A DNA stretch of 63,145 bases, counting the filler, from Asterionella formosa (Eukaryota): the NCBI GenBank assembly GCA_002256025.1. It is 8 parts of 8 records of this genome, joined end to end, with 100 filler letters (N's around TTAATTAATTAA, not from the genome) between each part and the next. Parts side by side here need not be neighbours in the genome. Positions count along the whole stretch, not along the records: positions 26,502 to 52,881 come from NKIB01001735.1; positions 52,982 to 54,593 come from NKIB01001745.1; positions 54,694 to 56,304 come from NKIB01001746.1; positions 56,405 to 58,014 come from NKIB01001747.1; positions 58,115 to 59,724 come from NKIB01001748.1; positions 59,825 to 61,434 come from NKIB01001750.1; 2 more parts are not named here. One strand, written 5' to 3'. The notes below the pieces were generated by a model, which saw nothing but the letters and a program-made list of their open reading frames with translations, searched no databases and was not told where the DNA came from. Positions 49,860-61,534 of this stretch are shown here, in pieces. Every line of letters begins with the position of its first letter. The stretch's first letter is position 1. The translations under genes were made by a program, and so were the position numbers.

Positions 49860-50634
49860 TGTATAATTAGTGCGGAGANNNNNNNNNNNNNNNNNNNNNN
49901 NNNNNNNNNNNNNNNNNNNNNNNNNNNNNNNNNNNNNNNNNNNNNNNNNNNNNNNNNNNNNNNNNNNNNNNNNNNNNNNNNNNNNNNNNNNNNNNNNNNN
50001 NNNNNNNNNNNNNNNNNNNNNNNNNNNNNNNNNNNNNNNNNNNNNNNNNNNNNNNNNNNNNNNNNNNNNNNNNNNNNNNNNNNNNNNNNNNNNNNNNNNN
50101 NNNNNNNNNNNNNNNNNNNNNNNNNNNNNNNNNNNNNNNNNNNNNNNNNNNNNNNNNNNNNNNNNNNNNNNNNNNNNNNNNNNNNNNNNNNNNNNNNNNN
50201 NNNNNNNNNNNNNNNNNNNNNNNNNNNNNNNNNNNNNNNNNNNNNNNNNNNNNNNNNNNNNNNNNNNNNNNNNNNNNNNNNNNNNNNNNNNNNNNNNNNN
50301 NNNNNNNNNNNNNNNNNNNNNNNNNNNNNNNNNNNNNNNNNNNNNNNNNNNNNNNNNNNNNNNNNNNNNNNNNNNNNNNNNNNNNNNNNNNNNNNNNNNN
50401 NNNNNNNNNNNNNNNNNNNNNNNNNNNNNNNNNNNNNNNNNNNNNNNNNNNNNNNNNNNNNNNNNNNNNNNNNNNNNNNNNNNNGCTCTCCTGTGGATGG
50501 TTGATGAATTGAATTGATTGTTATCATAAGATTTGCAGCAATATCAAGGCATATATTATTACACATCTTAGTATCCGTACCGTGCAGTAAAGTGGCATAA
50601 GAACGAGGACAACGGCTGGACATTGACGCAAGAA

Positions 50635-52881
50635 ATGGGACGATTCAGTCTTTCATCACAACAACTGAAATCACTACAAGATGATGACACTGACGACGAC
50701 GATACTGAGATTCACTGCCAATCATTTCGAGAGCCAAAGATTCAACTTGAAAGTGACGACGAAGAGGAAGACAAGCACCCTCTCGGCTTTCATCCATCAG
50801 CCTCTTGGGGAATAACAAAATTTTGCTTTGAACCTCCAGGACAGTCGCATTTGGAACTCAGACGACGATACGGATGGTTGGACGACGATGAGGACGATTG
50901 GATTTCCTCGCCTACCACGCCTCTTCAACAACAGCAGCAATATCCCCCGTTATCGCAATGCGTCGATGAAACAACGGCACCCATCTTGTCCCTGCTGCAG
51001 TATCATGCTCAATTCCGTCACCGACCATCACGGGCTCCACAATCAGTGGACACCATTTCAGAATGGCTGTCATCCAAAGTTATCCTTGTCGAAAATAAGG
51101 GAGATGACATAATAAATGCCGCCGCAGATCGAGCAGCACGTCATATACAGCAAGTAGCACTCAAAGGAGCACACGATCGAGACTTGATTGCTTTGAAACA
51201 ACAAAAGGACTTACAACGTGCTGAAACGGCATATCAACAAGATGCGCAAGCGCTGAAAGCACTGTTGAAACGGGATCAACAAGATGCCAAGGAGATATTA
51301 AATAAAGAACGTGAAGAGCAAAAGAGAGTTGACGACGAGCATCAAGCGAGAATAGAACTAGACTTGAAAGAGCACGCTCGGATAGAAGCCAAGGAACAGG
51401 CTCGCTTTCGAGAGAAACAAGCTAAAGAGCAAGCACAACGAGATCAAGAAATACAGGAAATAAGGAAAGAACAACAGAGAATAGAACAAGAACAGCTAGA
51501 ACGTCAGGCCGAGGCAAAGAAAATGGATTATGTTCACCAGGCCCGAGCTTTGGTAGTCAAACTACTCAAACTGAGGGAGTCAGTTGAGCCTTTTGAGACA
51601 AGCAAAGCAGTTGGGAAAAGGAGGCTAAACATGAAGAAGATTGTCAACGGGAAGGTCAATACTCTCTCAGCTGACCCCGCTAAGGTACATTCGGTTGCTC
51701 TGGAAGTTGTTCGGGCCATCAATGCCGCAAAAGCCGAAGATGAACAGATGAAGGAAAATCCGCAAGCAACACCTGAAATGACTCGTGGTACGCGATATTT
51801 AATTGACTTGATCGCATCGTCCGCCATAGTACGAGTACAAGCCGAAGGATTTAACGGACCCCGTGGGGATGGATTTCCACTGGCCAACATGTTGGCCTTG
51901 GTAGGATACGAAGCCAACGAGCTAGTTCCAGTCTTCTCTGCACATATATACACTGTTTGTCCAACAGCCATTCCTGCCCTACCGAAACCCGCCAAGGATG
52001 CAGACGAAGTAGAATTGATGGAATCACTTGGAATGATCAAAAATAAGGCAGGAGATTTTGAAACTTTTGAGCGTTTCATGGCAAGAACAGAAGTAAGTAT
52101 AATTTGATGTTCAAATCATCGGATGTATTTCGTTTCCTCGGTTAATTTTTAAACTCATGCTATCGTTTAACCATCACACAATTTGTTCCAAAAATTACAG
52201 GGAATTATTTCAATTGTCGCCGATATTATGGCATCACAACCTTCTGACCATAACATGTTTGGTGGACACGAAGGCGCAATTCAATGGCTCCAGCGATTTC
52301 TGGAACAACTCCCAAAAGCTCCCGAGACTCTTCCCCTTCTCACGGCACCAGTATTGGACGCCTTTTTGACGGGCGCGGGTCACATGATGGCACGAGTCTT
52401 TCCAGATGAATTTCGCCCATTGCTGCAAATCATTACACAGGATTTGGTATTTCGATTGGACGAAGGTCCGAATGGAGCACCTGGAGCCTTACGCTTTAAA
52501 AAGGTGGTGGAAGGGGGGTTCTCAGCATTTCACAATAATCTTCCTTCTCGAGCACTGCATCCGCTGTATTATACGGGGGGAAGTGGAGGTAGGTTGCTAC
52601 ATGTGACAAGCATGGGTAGTGCACCTAATGATATCAATTCATTTGGAGGTACGACATTTCAGCCTGGCAACCCATTCGGCCAAATAGCAAAACAAACGTT
52701 CAGTTCATTCAGTGGATCGCAAAATCAAGCACCCACTCCATTTAGCGGGACAACACCAGTTCAAGCATCTAATACCTCAATGTTTGCCCCAGCGCCCAGC
52801 CCATTCAGTGCGGCAACCACACAAACCAACTCTCTATTTGGTGCTGTGCAACCCCCACGAGCCTCGCCAAGTCCGTTCGGC
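50635..52881 (+). CDS. GLE1: mRNA export factor GLE1 with FG-like C-terminal extension; intron 52093-52200; 3' end lies in a gap
   Basis: Coiled-coil N-half; KKIVNGKVNTLS, CPTAIP, LG...E....F..R.EG, AIQWL.RFL, VLDAFLTGAG motifs; in-frame GTAAGT...TACAG intron. Confidence 0.82.
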
Positions 52882-54242
52882 NNNNNNNNNNNNNNNNNNN
52901 NNNNNNNNNNNNNNNNNNNNNNNNNTTAATTAATTAANNNNNNNNNNNNNNNNNNNNNNNNNNNNNNNNNNNNNNNNNNNNACAACAACAAATTGTTAAC
53001 TAAACGCAGCCACATTTCCTTTTTTCTCAGTTGATTAAACAGCTCGTTTCGCTTGTTGGGGAGCACCAATCTAAAACAAAACCAAATTGCGTAAGTGCTC
53101 TTGTCGCTCGTTGGAACTATTCACTTCTGTTGGAAAAAAACTGACACAACGTTTACCTTCTCTCAAAGTTAAGATGACAAAACTGAACCGGTAAGTTTTA
53201 TTCGACAACATTGGATACCCGAAACTTACTTATTCAAGAATTTGGCTTGCTGACAAGTTACTATTACAGACTTATGCATCCTCAGTTGCATTGATTGTGG
53301 TAAGTGAAGCAAGAGGATATGATGGAATTGCGTGTTCTTGTGTCAAATTAACATGACTACTACTAGCTAACAAATCATTCCTTCTCATTGTAACTGTAAC
53401 TGCATGCATAGGAAAATGAAACCGATCAAACGGAATAGCCGGCAAGTTCACAATGACACTAACAGCAGGGAGAGAGACACAACATTAGTTAGGCATTGGT
53501 TGGCACAAGCTTGGCACAAGATTCAGAAAAGAGGAAGAAAAGGGTGAGACAGAAACAATATACATCAAGCCGAGTAGAGAGAGAAACGTTGGGTTGCTGG
53601 CATGTAGATCAATAGATAGCATTGCTTAATTTGATAGTTAAATTACGATCCATTTCAATCTATTTTGAACAATGCTTGTGATTATAATTATGATCATGTT
53701 TACGGTAGATTTACGATGAAACAATTCACATGATAGCATAGAGTTGAGCTGATTTTAGGATGCGTTGTAGTAATGATTTACATCGGGCGATCACAAGAAG
53801 TGAAAATAATATGAGAAGGTTTATGATATTGACGAGAAAAATTGTTGATCAGTTTATATACATTGTGTGATGATAATGCTCTTATTATCATTATACTTCA
53901 AGGTCGGTAACATATTAATAAATCATCATAGTTACAAGATACCTTGATCATAATTTTGATCCAATAATTATCATAAATACGAAAATCCTGTGCCACTTAG
54001 CGTGCGATACCCTTGATCCTATATGCATGATACTTTTTATTTACAGACGTTTGGCCTATCGAACACCAGCCAGTCTATACTGCAGAAATGCAAGAAGCAC
54101 AAGTTGAATGCAAATTTATGGATTCAAGTTTCAGTATTGCAACAATGTAAAATATTAGAAACCGGGATTCACATTTCATCTAATTACGGTTTTCATTAGC
54201 TATACTAGTATTGATTGAGAGGAAGCAATGGTAGAATGGCTG

Positions 54243-54593
54243 CCAAAGGGGCGGAGGCAAACACAGAGAATCCTACTAATTTTTCTCCCCAATGATCCCA
54301 GTCCCTTCTTGAATGTCACTTGCTACAGAAAATGGAGAACAGCCGACATGATCTGTTGATTGTTGGTTGCTGTATGGTGCCACTGACCAAAACATCCAGA
54401 AATCTCAATGAGTTGCTTGTTTCTTGACTTGAATGCCAAAGGGATACAAACCAGTGGCTGGTTAAACCAAAAGGGAACTAAAAATTCTCGGTCTGCAAAC
54501 ATCAGGACAATTGTGAAAGAAAAATGAAGGCTCTTGGGAGGAGAAGTAAAAGGATAATTGCTGCTGGTCTTGCGGGAACAAGAATGGATTGAC
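54243..54593 (+). repeat. Dispersed repeat, copy 2 (cut by a gap)
   Basis: Matches 16758-17110. Confidence 0.9.
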
Positions 54594-55609
54594 NNNNNNN
54601 NNNNNNNNNNNNNNNNNNNNNNNNNNNNNNNNNNNNNTTAATTAATTAANNNNNNNNNNNNNNNNNNNNNNNNNNNNNNNNNNNNNNNNNNNNGCAAAAC
54701 AAATCCTGCAGGAAGGAGTTGGCTTACAAATCGAATCTGCAAATCAAAAGCAACGGAAACCCGGAACCCCATCAGTTACTTTAATACCACAGTCGAACGA
54801 GGATATGTATGTATGGTACCTGGTACCAGGTACCAGTTACCAGGTACCGGTAGTAGACTTGAATATTCATCATACATTCAGGCAAACCACCGGACACCAT
54901 AAGGGAGCCAAGTACCGGTACTGGCACCAGGTACCTGGTAAAGTATCTAACTAGAAGTAGTAGTACTTGTTGAATAGATGAGCTCATTAGTTAATCCTTG
55001 CTTGTGTGCAACTCATTCCATAACAAGTCGACACCAAAGTATACAATAAGGGCTAGTCGAGTTCTCTCATTATTGAGTTCTGATATTTATGATATAACAC
55101 TACTAACCCTAGTGTATACATCTGTATTGATGCGCGAGATTGCTCACTCTCCCACACCAGCCAAGGGAAAACCTTTTACCTTTGAAAAGGTTTGATGCAA
55201 TGAAAATTAATTTGTTCCATAATGTGCATAGTTTGTTGAAAAGTAACTGTACCATTGGCATGCACTTGAATAATAGAATAAGGACCTAGTCTATGGACTT
55301 CCAAGGTAGTAGGATTATCTAATATAATTAGAATCTCGTCACAAACTTTGTAATGACAAAGAATGGCTGATGTTGGAAATTAGCAAGACATATACATTTG
55401 TCGATTATCACTTAATCTGTAATCAAAGGAATATTTAATTTCATATCACATTGGAAAACCCAGCATGTTCCTGGTAAAATAGATGTAGACGTTCACAGAT
55501 AGCATTTGCTTGTGGATTCTTGACTGTAATAATCCCATTTTTATTTCCATTCAACATTTACATGTGTATGAAAGGAATACCAGTAAATTCACCTTCATTA
55601 TTGTCATGT

Positions 55610-55663
55610 ATACAGCGTTCTGGGCGGAAATATCTCATACAGCGTTCTGGGCGGAAATATCTC
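55610..55663. repeat. Perfect 27 bp tandem duplication
   Basis: ATACAGCGTTCTGGGCGGAAATATCTC x2. Confidence 0.9.
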
Positions 55664-55739
55664 GCTAACCAATCATTTTCAAATCTCATTGCAATATATT
55701 TTGATGTCTTATTAGTCTATTGAAATGTGAAATTTCTGG

Positions 55740-56300
55740 TAAATTGGTGACTGTGTTAACTCAAGTTAGAGCACGAAATTCAATTGCTTGTGCAGCCACT
55801 GTTATCTTCCATGGACCAATTAAATCCATTGTGACTTCTGAACATTGTAATAACAATGCATTCCTTGGTGGAAGTTCACCAAAAACCAGCACCAGGTAAT
55901 TTATTATGTTTTGACATGCTTCACATATGCTTACAATATATTTTTCCATTCTTGCTTTTAATGTAGGATGATGAAAATGTGTAGCAATTGTGGCAATTGT
56001 AGAAATTGTAGCTTTTGATTTTGTCATACCCACATGAGTTAACATCTGATGATACCAATTAACTATTAATAATGGGATCCAATAGTGATGTAGGAATAGC
56101 AATATGCCAAGTATCTCCTGGATTCTTCACAAAGAAACATAGTAAATGTAAATCATGAAATTGATAGAGGGATGTGTTTGTTGATTGAGAAAGAGATGTG
56201 TTTGTTGGCTGATTGAGAATGAGATGTGTTGTTTGATTGAGAATCAATTGTGTATCCAGAAATTTTTTTATCATTTATTGAATTATAACCCAGAGGATAT
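55740..56300 (-). mobile_element. Ty3/Gypsy integrase remnant
   Basis: WYHQMLTH...CEACQ zinc-binding motif; GELPPR and DLIGPW..EFRALT; frameshifted. Confidence 0.8.
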
Positions 56301-56404
56301 TGAANNNNNNNNNNNNNNNNNNNNNNNNNNNNNNNNNNNNNNNNNNNNTTAATTAATTAANNNNNNNNNNNNNNNNNNNNNNNNNNNNNNNNNNNNNNNN
56401 NNNN

Positions 56405-58014
56405 ACGTCGGACGCCTAGACGCAATGAATCAAGAAGTGTCGCTGACACAGGAAATGGACGACTGTGGATTCCAGGTAGAGATTGGGTCGCTCGCAGATG
56501 TGGACGGAGCCATGGAAGAGGCGGCTCTATGCTTGCAACACGCCGAATCTTATCAGCGTTTCTTGCAGCACACTGTCAATGAAGTTAACAAAGCTCGCCA
56601 AATGCGATTCAAGGCAGAACAGGAAGAACGGAAACTAGATCGAGAGCAAGCGGAATGGGCTACTGGAATGTCAAGTGCACCCAAAGCAGCAGAAGAGGTA
56701 ACCTACAGGGTGTTGGATATTCTACCCTCACATACGCAACTTTCCGAAGTTGTCGCTGAGGTTGGGAGCTATTATTCTGGAATCGAACGCTGTCTCTTGC
56801 TTGCTTCGATGCAGCGTGCCTTTTCATCGCAACCCCAATATAGCGAGCTCGGTATCAAGGGACAAAAACCCCGGATCGGTTCACAAGCCAAGAAGACTTC
56901 TTTGGTAGAAAATTGTCTGCATGCCGCTCGTCGAAGCGGACAGCGCGCCTTCGCCACGGGCCATTCGGGAACAGCTTCTGCCATGGCTAACTTTTGTTGC
57001 GACACGATTGGTGGGGTACTTCTGGAAGTCATGACCCGACGTGCTCATGAGTCTGGAGTCACAAAACTCAAACCAGGAGATGGTCTCCTGGAAGGCTCGC
57101 TCAATTTATTCGCAACCACATCTAACTTGATGCGTCAGGGAACCTCCGATGATGAAACCGCCCGCCAGCTAAAGATGCAGCAGGCAATAAGTCGGGCATG
57201 TGCTACTTTGAATGACTTGGATGTTGCTGCAGTTCACATTTCTGAGTTGGAGAAACTGTTATCAGATAACATCACGCAAGGCTTCCAACCTTCGCAAGCT
57301 ACACAATTGGCCATGTGTGTCAAGGCATTCCAGCCTATTCAAGAGTCGTTTACATCAGCGTCGAATGATAGCATTGAATCGATCGTCACAACTCTTCGCT
57401 CTCGTGTCCGCTCCGTCGTCACCGATGCTGTTGGTAGCGACTCAGTCTCGTCTACCTCTTTCATGACGTCGTCGGCCCTCAGTAAGGACCGTCACCAAGT
57501 CCGCATGAACTACAACCTTGACGACTCGGCATACAAGCTTTTGCAACTTTCTGAAGGTTATATGGCACGCTTATGTGCTTCACTAGATGAGATGATCAGG
57601 CCACTCCAAACGAATTTGGCGCCTCGATTAAGTGATCTACTGATCCTTGGTGTTGTCGGCACTGCTGCTAAGCGCATAGAATCATCTTTGAAGAGGGTGA
57701 GTTATCGATGCTTTTTTTATCACCATTGTTATTTGTTGCTGTGAGCACCTACATTTTGCTAACTGTATCATACCGTTGCATGAAGTGCACATTTACTAGC
57801 GTGGGATCACTTGCCTTGGACTCTGACATGCGAGACATGCTGAGCTATACTAAGGATAACTTAGACTCGCCCGAACTTTCTTCAAACGTGGCTGTTTGTA
57901 AAGCGTGCCTTCCATTGAGCCGACTTTTGCAAATTTCAAAATTGCTCAGTGTTGACGACTTGGACGACGTAGTTGAACTTATTTCCATCTCGAAGCGTAA
58001 GGGTAACTGGGATC
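56405..58014 (+). CDS. COG4: Conserved oligomeric Golgi complex subunit 4, partial (copy A); intron 57697-57785
   Basis: TSLVE.C....RRS..RA; C-terminal FTSVGSLALDSDMR.ML.Y...LSRLLQISKLL; in-frame intron; both ends in gaps. Confidence 0.8.
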
Positions 58015-58114
58015 NNNNNNNNNNNNNNNNNNNNNNNNNNNNNNNNNNNNNNNNNNNNTTAATTAATTAANNNNNNNNNNNNNNNNNNNNNNNNNNNNNN
58101 NNNNNNNNNNNNNN

Positions 58115-59724
58115 ACGTCGGACGCCTAGACGCAATGAATCAAGAAGTGTCGCTGACACAGGAAATGGACGACTGTGGATTCCAGGTAGAGATTGGGTCG
58201 CTCGCAGATGTGGACGGAGCCATGGAAGAGGCGGCTCTATGTTTGCAACACGCCGAATCTTATCAGCGTTTCTTGCAGCACACTGTCAATGAAGTTAACA
58301 AAGCTCGCCAAATGCGATTCAAGGCAGAACAGGAAGAACGGAAACTAGATCGAGAGCGAGCGGAATGGGCTACTGGAATGTCAAGTGCACCCAAAGCAGC
58401 AGAAGAGGTAACCTACAGGATGTTGGATATTCTACCCTCACATACGCAACTTTCCGAAGTTGTCGCTGAGGTCGGAAGCTATTATTCTGGAATCGAACGC
58501 TGTCTCTTACTTGCTTCGATGCAGCGTGCCTTTTCATCGCAACCCCAATATAGCGAGCTCGGTATCAAGGGACACAAACCCAGGATCGGTTCACAAGCCA
58601 AGAAGACTTCGTTGGTGGAAAATTGTTTGTATGCCGCTCGTCGAAGCGGACAACGCGCCTTCGCCACGGGCCATTCCGGAACAGCTTCTGCCATGGCTAA
58701 CTTTTGTTGCGACACAATTGGTGGGGTACTTCTGGAAGTCATGACCCGACGTGCTCATGAGTCTGGAGTCACAAAACTCAAACCAGGAGATGGTCTCCTG
58801 GAAGGCTCGCTCAATTTATTTGCAACCACATCTAACTTGATGCGTCAGGGAACCTCCGATGATGAAACCGCCCGCCAGCTTAAGATGCAGCAGGCTATAA
58901 GTCGGGCATGTGCTACTTTGAATGACTTGGATGTTGCTGCGCTTCACATTTCTGAGTTGGAAAAGCTGTTATCAGATAACATCACGCAAGGCTTCCAACC
59001 TTCTCAAGCTACACAATTGGCCATGTGTGTCAAGGCATTCCAGCCTATTCAAGAGTCGTTTACATCAGCGTCGAATGATAGCATTGAATCGATCGTCACA
59101 ACTCTTCGTTCTCGTGTCCGCTCCGTCGTCACTGATGCTGTTGGTAGCGACTCAGTCTCTTCTACCTCTTTCATGACGTCGTCGGCCCTCAGTAAGGACC
59201 GTCACCAAGTCCGCATGAACTACAACCTAGACGACTCGGCATACAAGCTTTTGCAACTTTCCGAAGGTTATATGGCACGCTTATGTGCTTCATTGGATGA
59301 GATGATCAAGCCACTCCAAACCAATTTGGCGCCTCGATTAAGTGATCTTCTGATCCTTGGTGTTGTCGGCACTGCTGCTAAGCGCATAGAATCATCTTTG
59401 AAGAGGGTGAGTTATCGATGCTTTTTTTATCACAATTGTTATTTGTTGCTGTGAGCACCTACATTTTGCTAACTGAATCATACCGTTGCATGAAGTGCAC
59501 ATTTACTAGCGTGGGCTCACTTGCCTTGGACTCTGACATGCGAGACATGCTGAGCTATACCAAGGATAACTTAGACTCGCCCGAACTTTCTTCAAATGTG
59601 GCTGTTTGTAAAGCGTGCCTTCCATTGAGCCGACTTTTGCAAATTTCAAAATTGCTCAGTGTTGACGACTTGGACGACGTAGTTGAACTTATTTCCATCT
59701 CGAAGCGTAAGGGTAACTGGGATC
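58115..59724 (+). CDS. COG4: COG4, partial (copy B, probably the alternative haplotype); intron 59407-59495
   Basis: Same length and identical contig ends as 56405-58014; differs only by scattered substitutions. Confidence 0.75.
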
Positions 59725-60454
59725 NNNNNNNNNNNNNNNNNNNNNNNNNNNNNNNNNNNNNNNNNNNNTTAATTAATTAANNNNNNNNNNNNNNNNNNNN
59801 NNNNNNNNNNNNNNNNNNNNNNNNGTAGAAGTCCGCCCATGTACCGCTAAACTTGCATACATTAGTGGTAGCGTACGTAGTATAGTTAGCATCCGGTAGC
59901 TGCAAGCTGCGGTAATATTGCTGGAGCCAAATATTTAGCTTTCTTTATCCAATTGTTTGCAAAACGACCGCAACTTGCACAGGTACCAGGTACTATGTGA
60001 CTACAACTACCGGTGCATCTCTACATCTTAAGATATGTAGCATTCCATACACTCCTCCGCCCTTTTTTTCTTTTGTGAGTATGTACCGGTAGTGTTGCAT
60101 AGACATGATTTCCCAGTAGTACCGGTATGTACTGCGTTCATCGATTTGGATCGAGTTTCGATTCATAATAACTTAACTACTGCTGCTTGGGCGGCTTTGT
60201 TTGTTTTATTGGCGGATAAAATTTTGATGCAATTGTGAAGGATGCTTGCATCAGCATCCTCAGCAGAGTAAAAATCATTATCTCATTCGTCGCTGTCGTG
60301 GGCTTTACATATTACTCCTCGTAATACTTTCGATTTCAAAAATACGATTCATTTCACTTCTCTCACTGTCATTCAAACCAACTTCCTTGAGATTATAAAC
60401 ACTTCACAACAACAACAACAACTACTACTAAAACGACCTTTCACAACCAGTACA

Positions 60455-61093
60455 ATGCCCGGCTGGTTGACTCCAATCGTTTCCCTAATCGTCGGCGTCG
60501 GTGCCTTGCACGCAGCAGTCAAAATGAATCAACCCAAGATTGATCGATTCTTCATGGGACTCTTTCGAGATTTGGGTCGCTATAAGGCTCGCAAACGACG
60601 GATGCAGGGAGGTGGGAATTCACTCATGGCAGTATTGATGTACAAAGATGATCCATTGCAAGATTTGCAAGACATTCAAGACGAAGACGAGAGTAACATT
60701 GTGTGGTACACAGCCGACGAATTGATGGAATTTGGAGACGGCACGGAAGGACGGCCCATTTTGATTTCCTTGTTTGGGAGAGTCTATGACGTCTCGAAGG
60801 GATCGAGGTTCTATGGAGAGACTGGCACATATTGGATGTTTGCTGGGAATGATGTTACGTACTCGCTGTCAACCGGTTGCAAGACAGAAGCTTGTGTGGA
60901 GAAGAGCGCCAGCGAATTGACTGAAAAGGAGCTCAAGGAAGGGAAGCGGTGGCTGTCATTTTTTCACATGCATGACAAATATCCTTTTGTGGGAAAACTG
61001 GAGGGAAATCATATCAATGTACTGATGGATGAGTTGGTGGATCAGAATATCATGATGAATGAAGATGGAGAGCTCGTTGCTCCAATCAATTAG
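60455..61093 (+). CDS. MAPR-family cytochrome b5-like heme/steroid-binding protein
   Basis: N-terminal TM; YT..EL..F.DG, VYDVSKGSRFYG..G.Y..FAG.DVT..L, W..FF...KYPFVGKL. Confidence 0.9.
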   Translation: MPGWLTPIVSLIVGVGALHAAVKMNQPKIDRFFMGLFRDLGRYKARKRRMQGGGNSLMAVLMYKDDPLQDLQDIQDEDESNIVWYTADELMEFGDGTEGRPILISLFGRVYDVSKGSRFYGETGTYWMFAGNDVTYSLSTGCKTEACVEKSASELTEKELKEGKRWLSFFHMHDKYPFVGKLEGNHINVLMDELVDQNIMMNEDGELVAPIN

Positions 61094-61534
61094 TTGACTC
61101 TTACTTACCAAATCTGCATCAATCATGGTTTTCGAATATCAGAAGGCATGAGTGGCAATATGCTATTTTAAACATGGATAATAATCTATTTGCAATAGAC
61201 TGTACTAGAGTGTCTCATTTGATTGAGTCATCATTTCATTATAGTGCTTTCATTTGGTACATAGCATATCTACAAATCAGTGTCACTGCTTCAAGACCTG
61301 CATCATTGGTACTGTGTGGAACTCCACTTTCGCTGTCCTGAATCCATAGTCAGCACCATGTCCATGGTTCAGTAAAAAAGTGAATGGAAAATAAGCATAG
61401 GCATCAACAACATTCCTCCACAAAACCCACATCCNNNNNNNNNNNNNNNNNNNNNNNNNNNNNNNNNNNNNNNNNNNNTTAATTAATTAANNNNNNNNNN
61501 NNNNNNNNNNNNNNNNNNNNNNNNNNNNNNNNNN

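Noticed and set aside
49818..50623. Long ORFs consisting mostly of X
   Set aside because: Artefacts of translating N gaps
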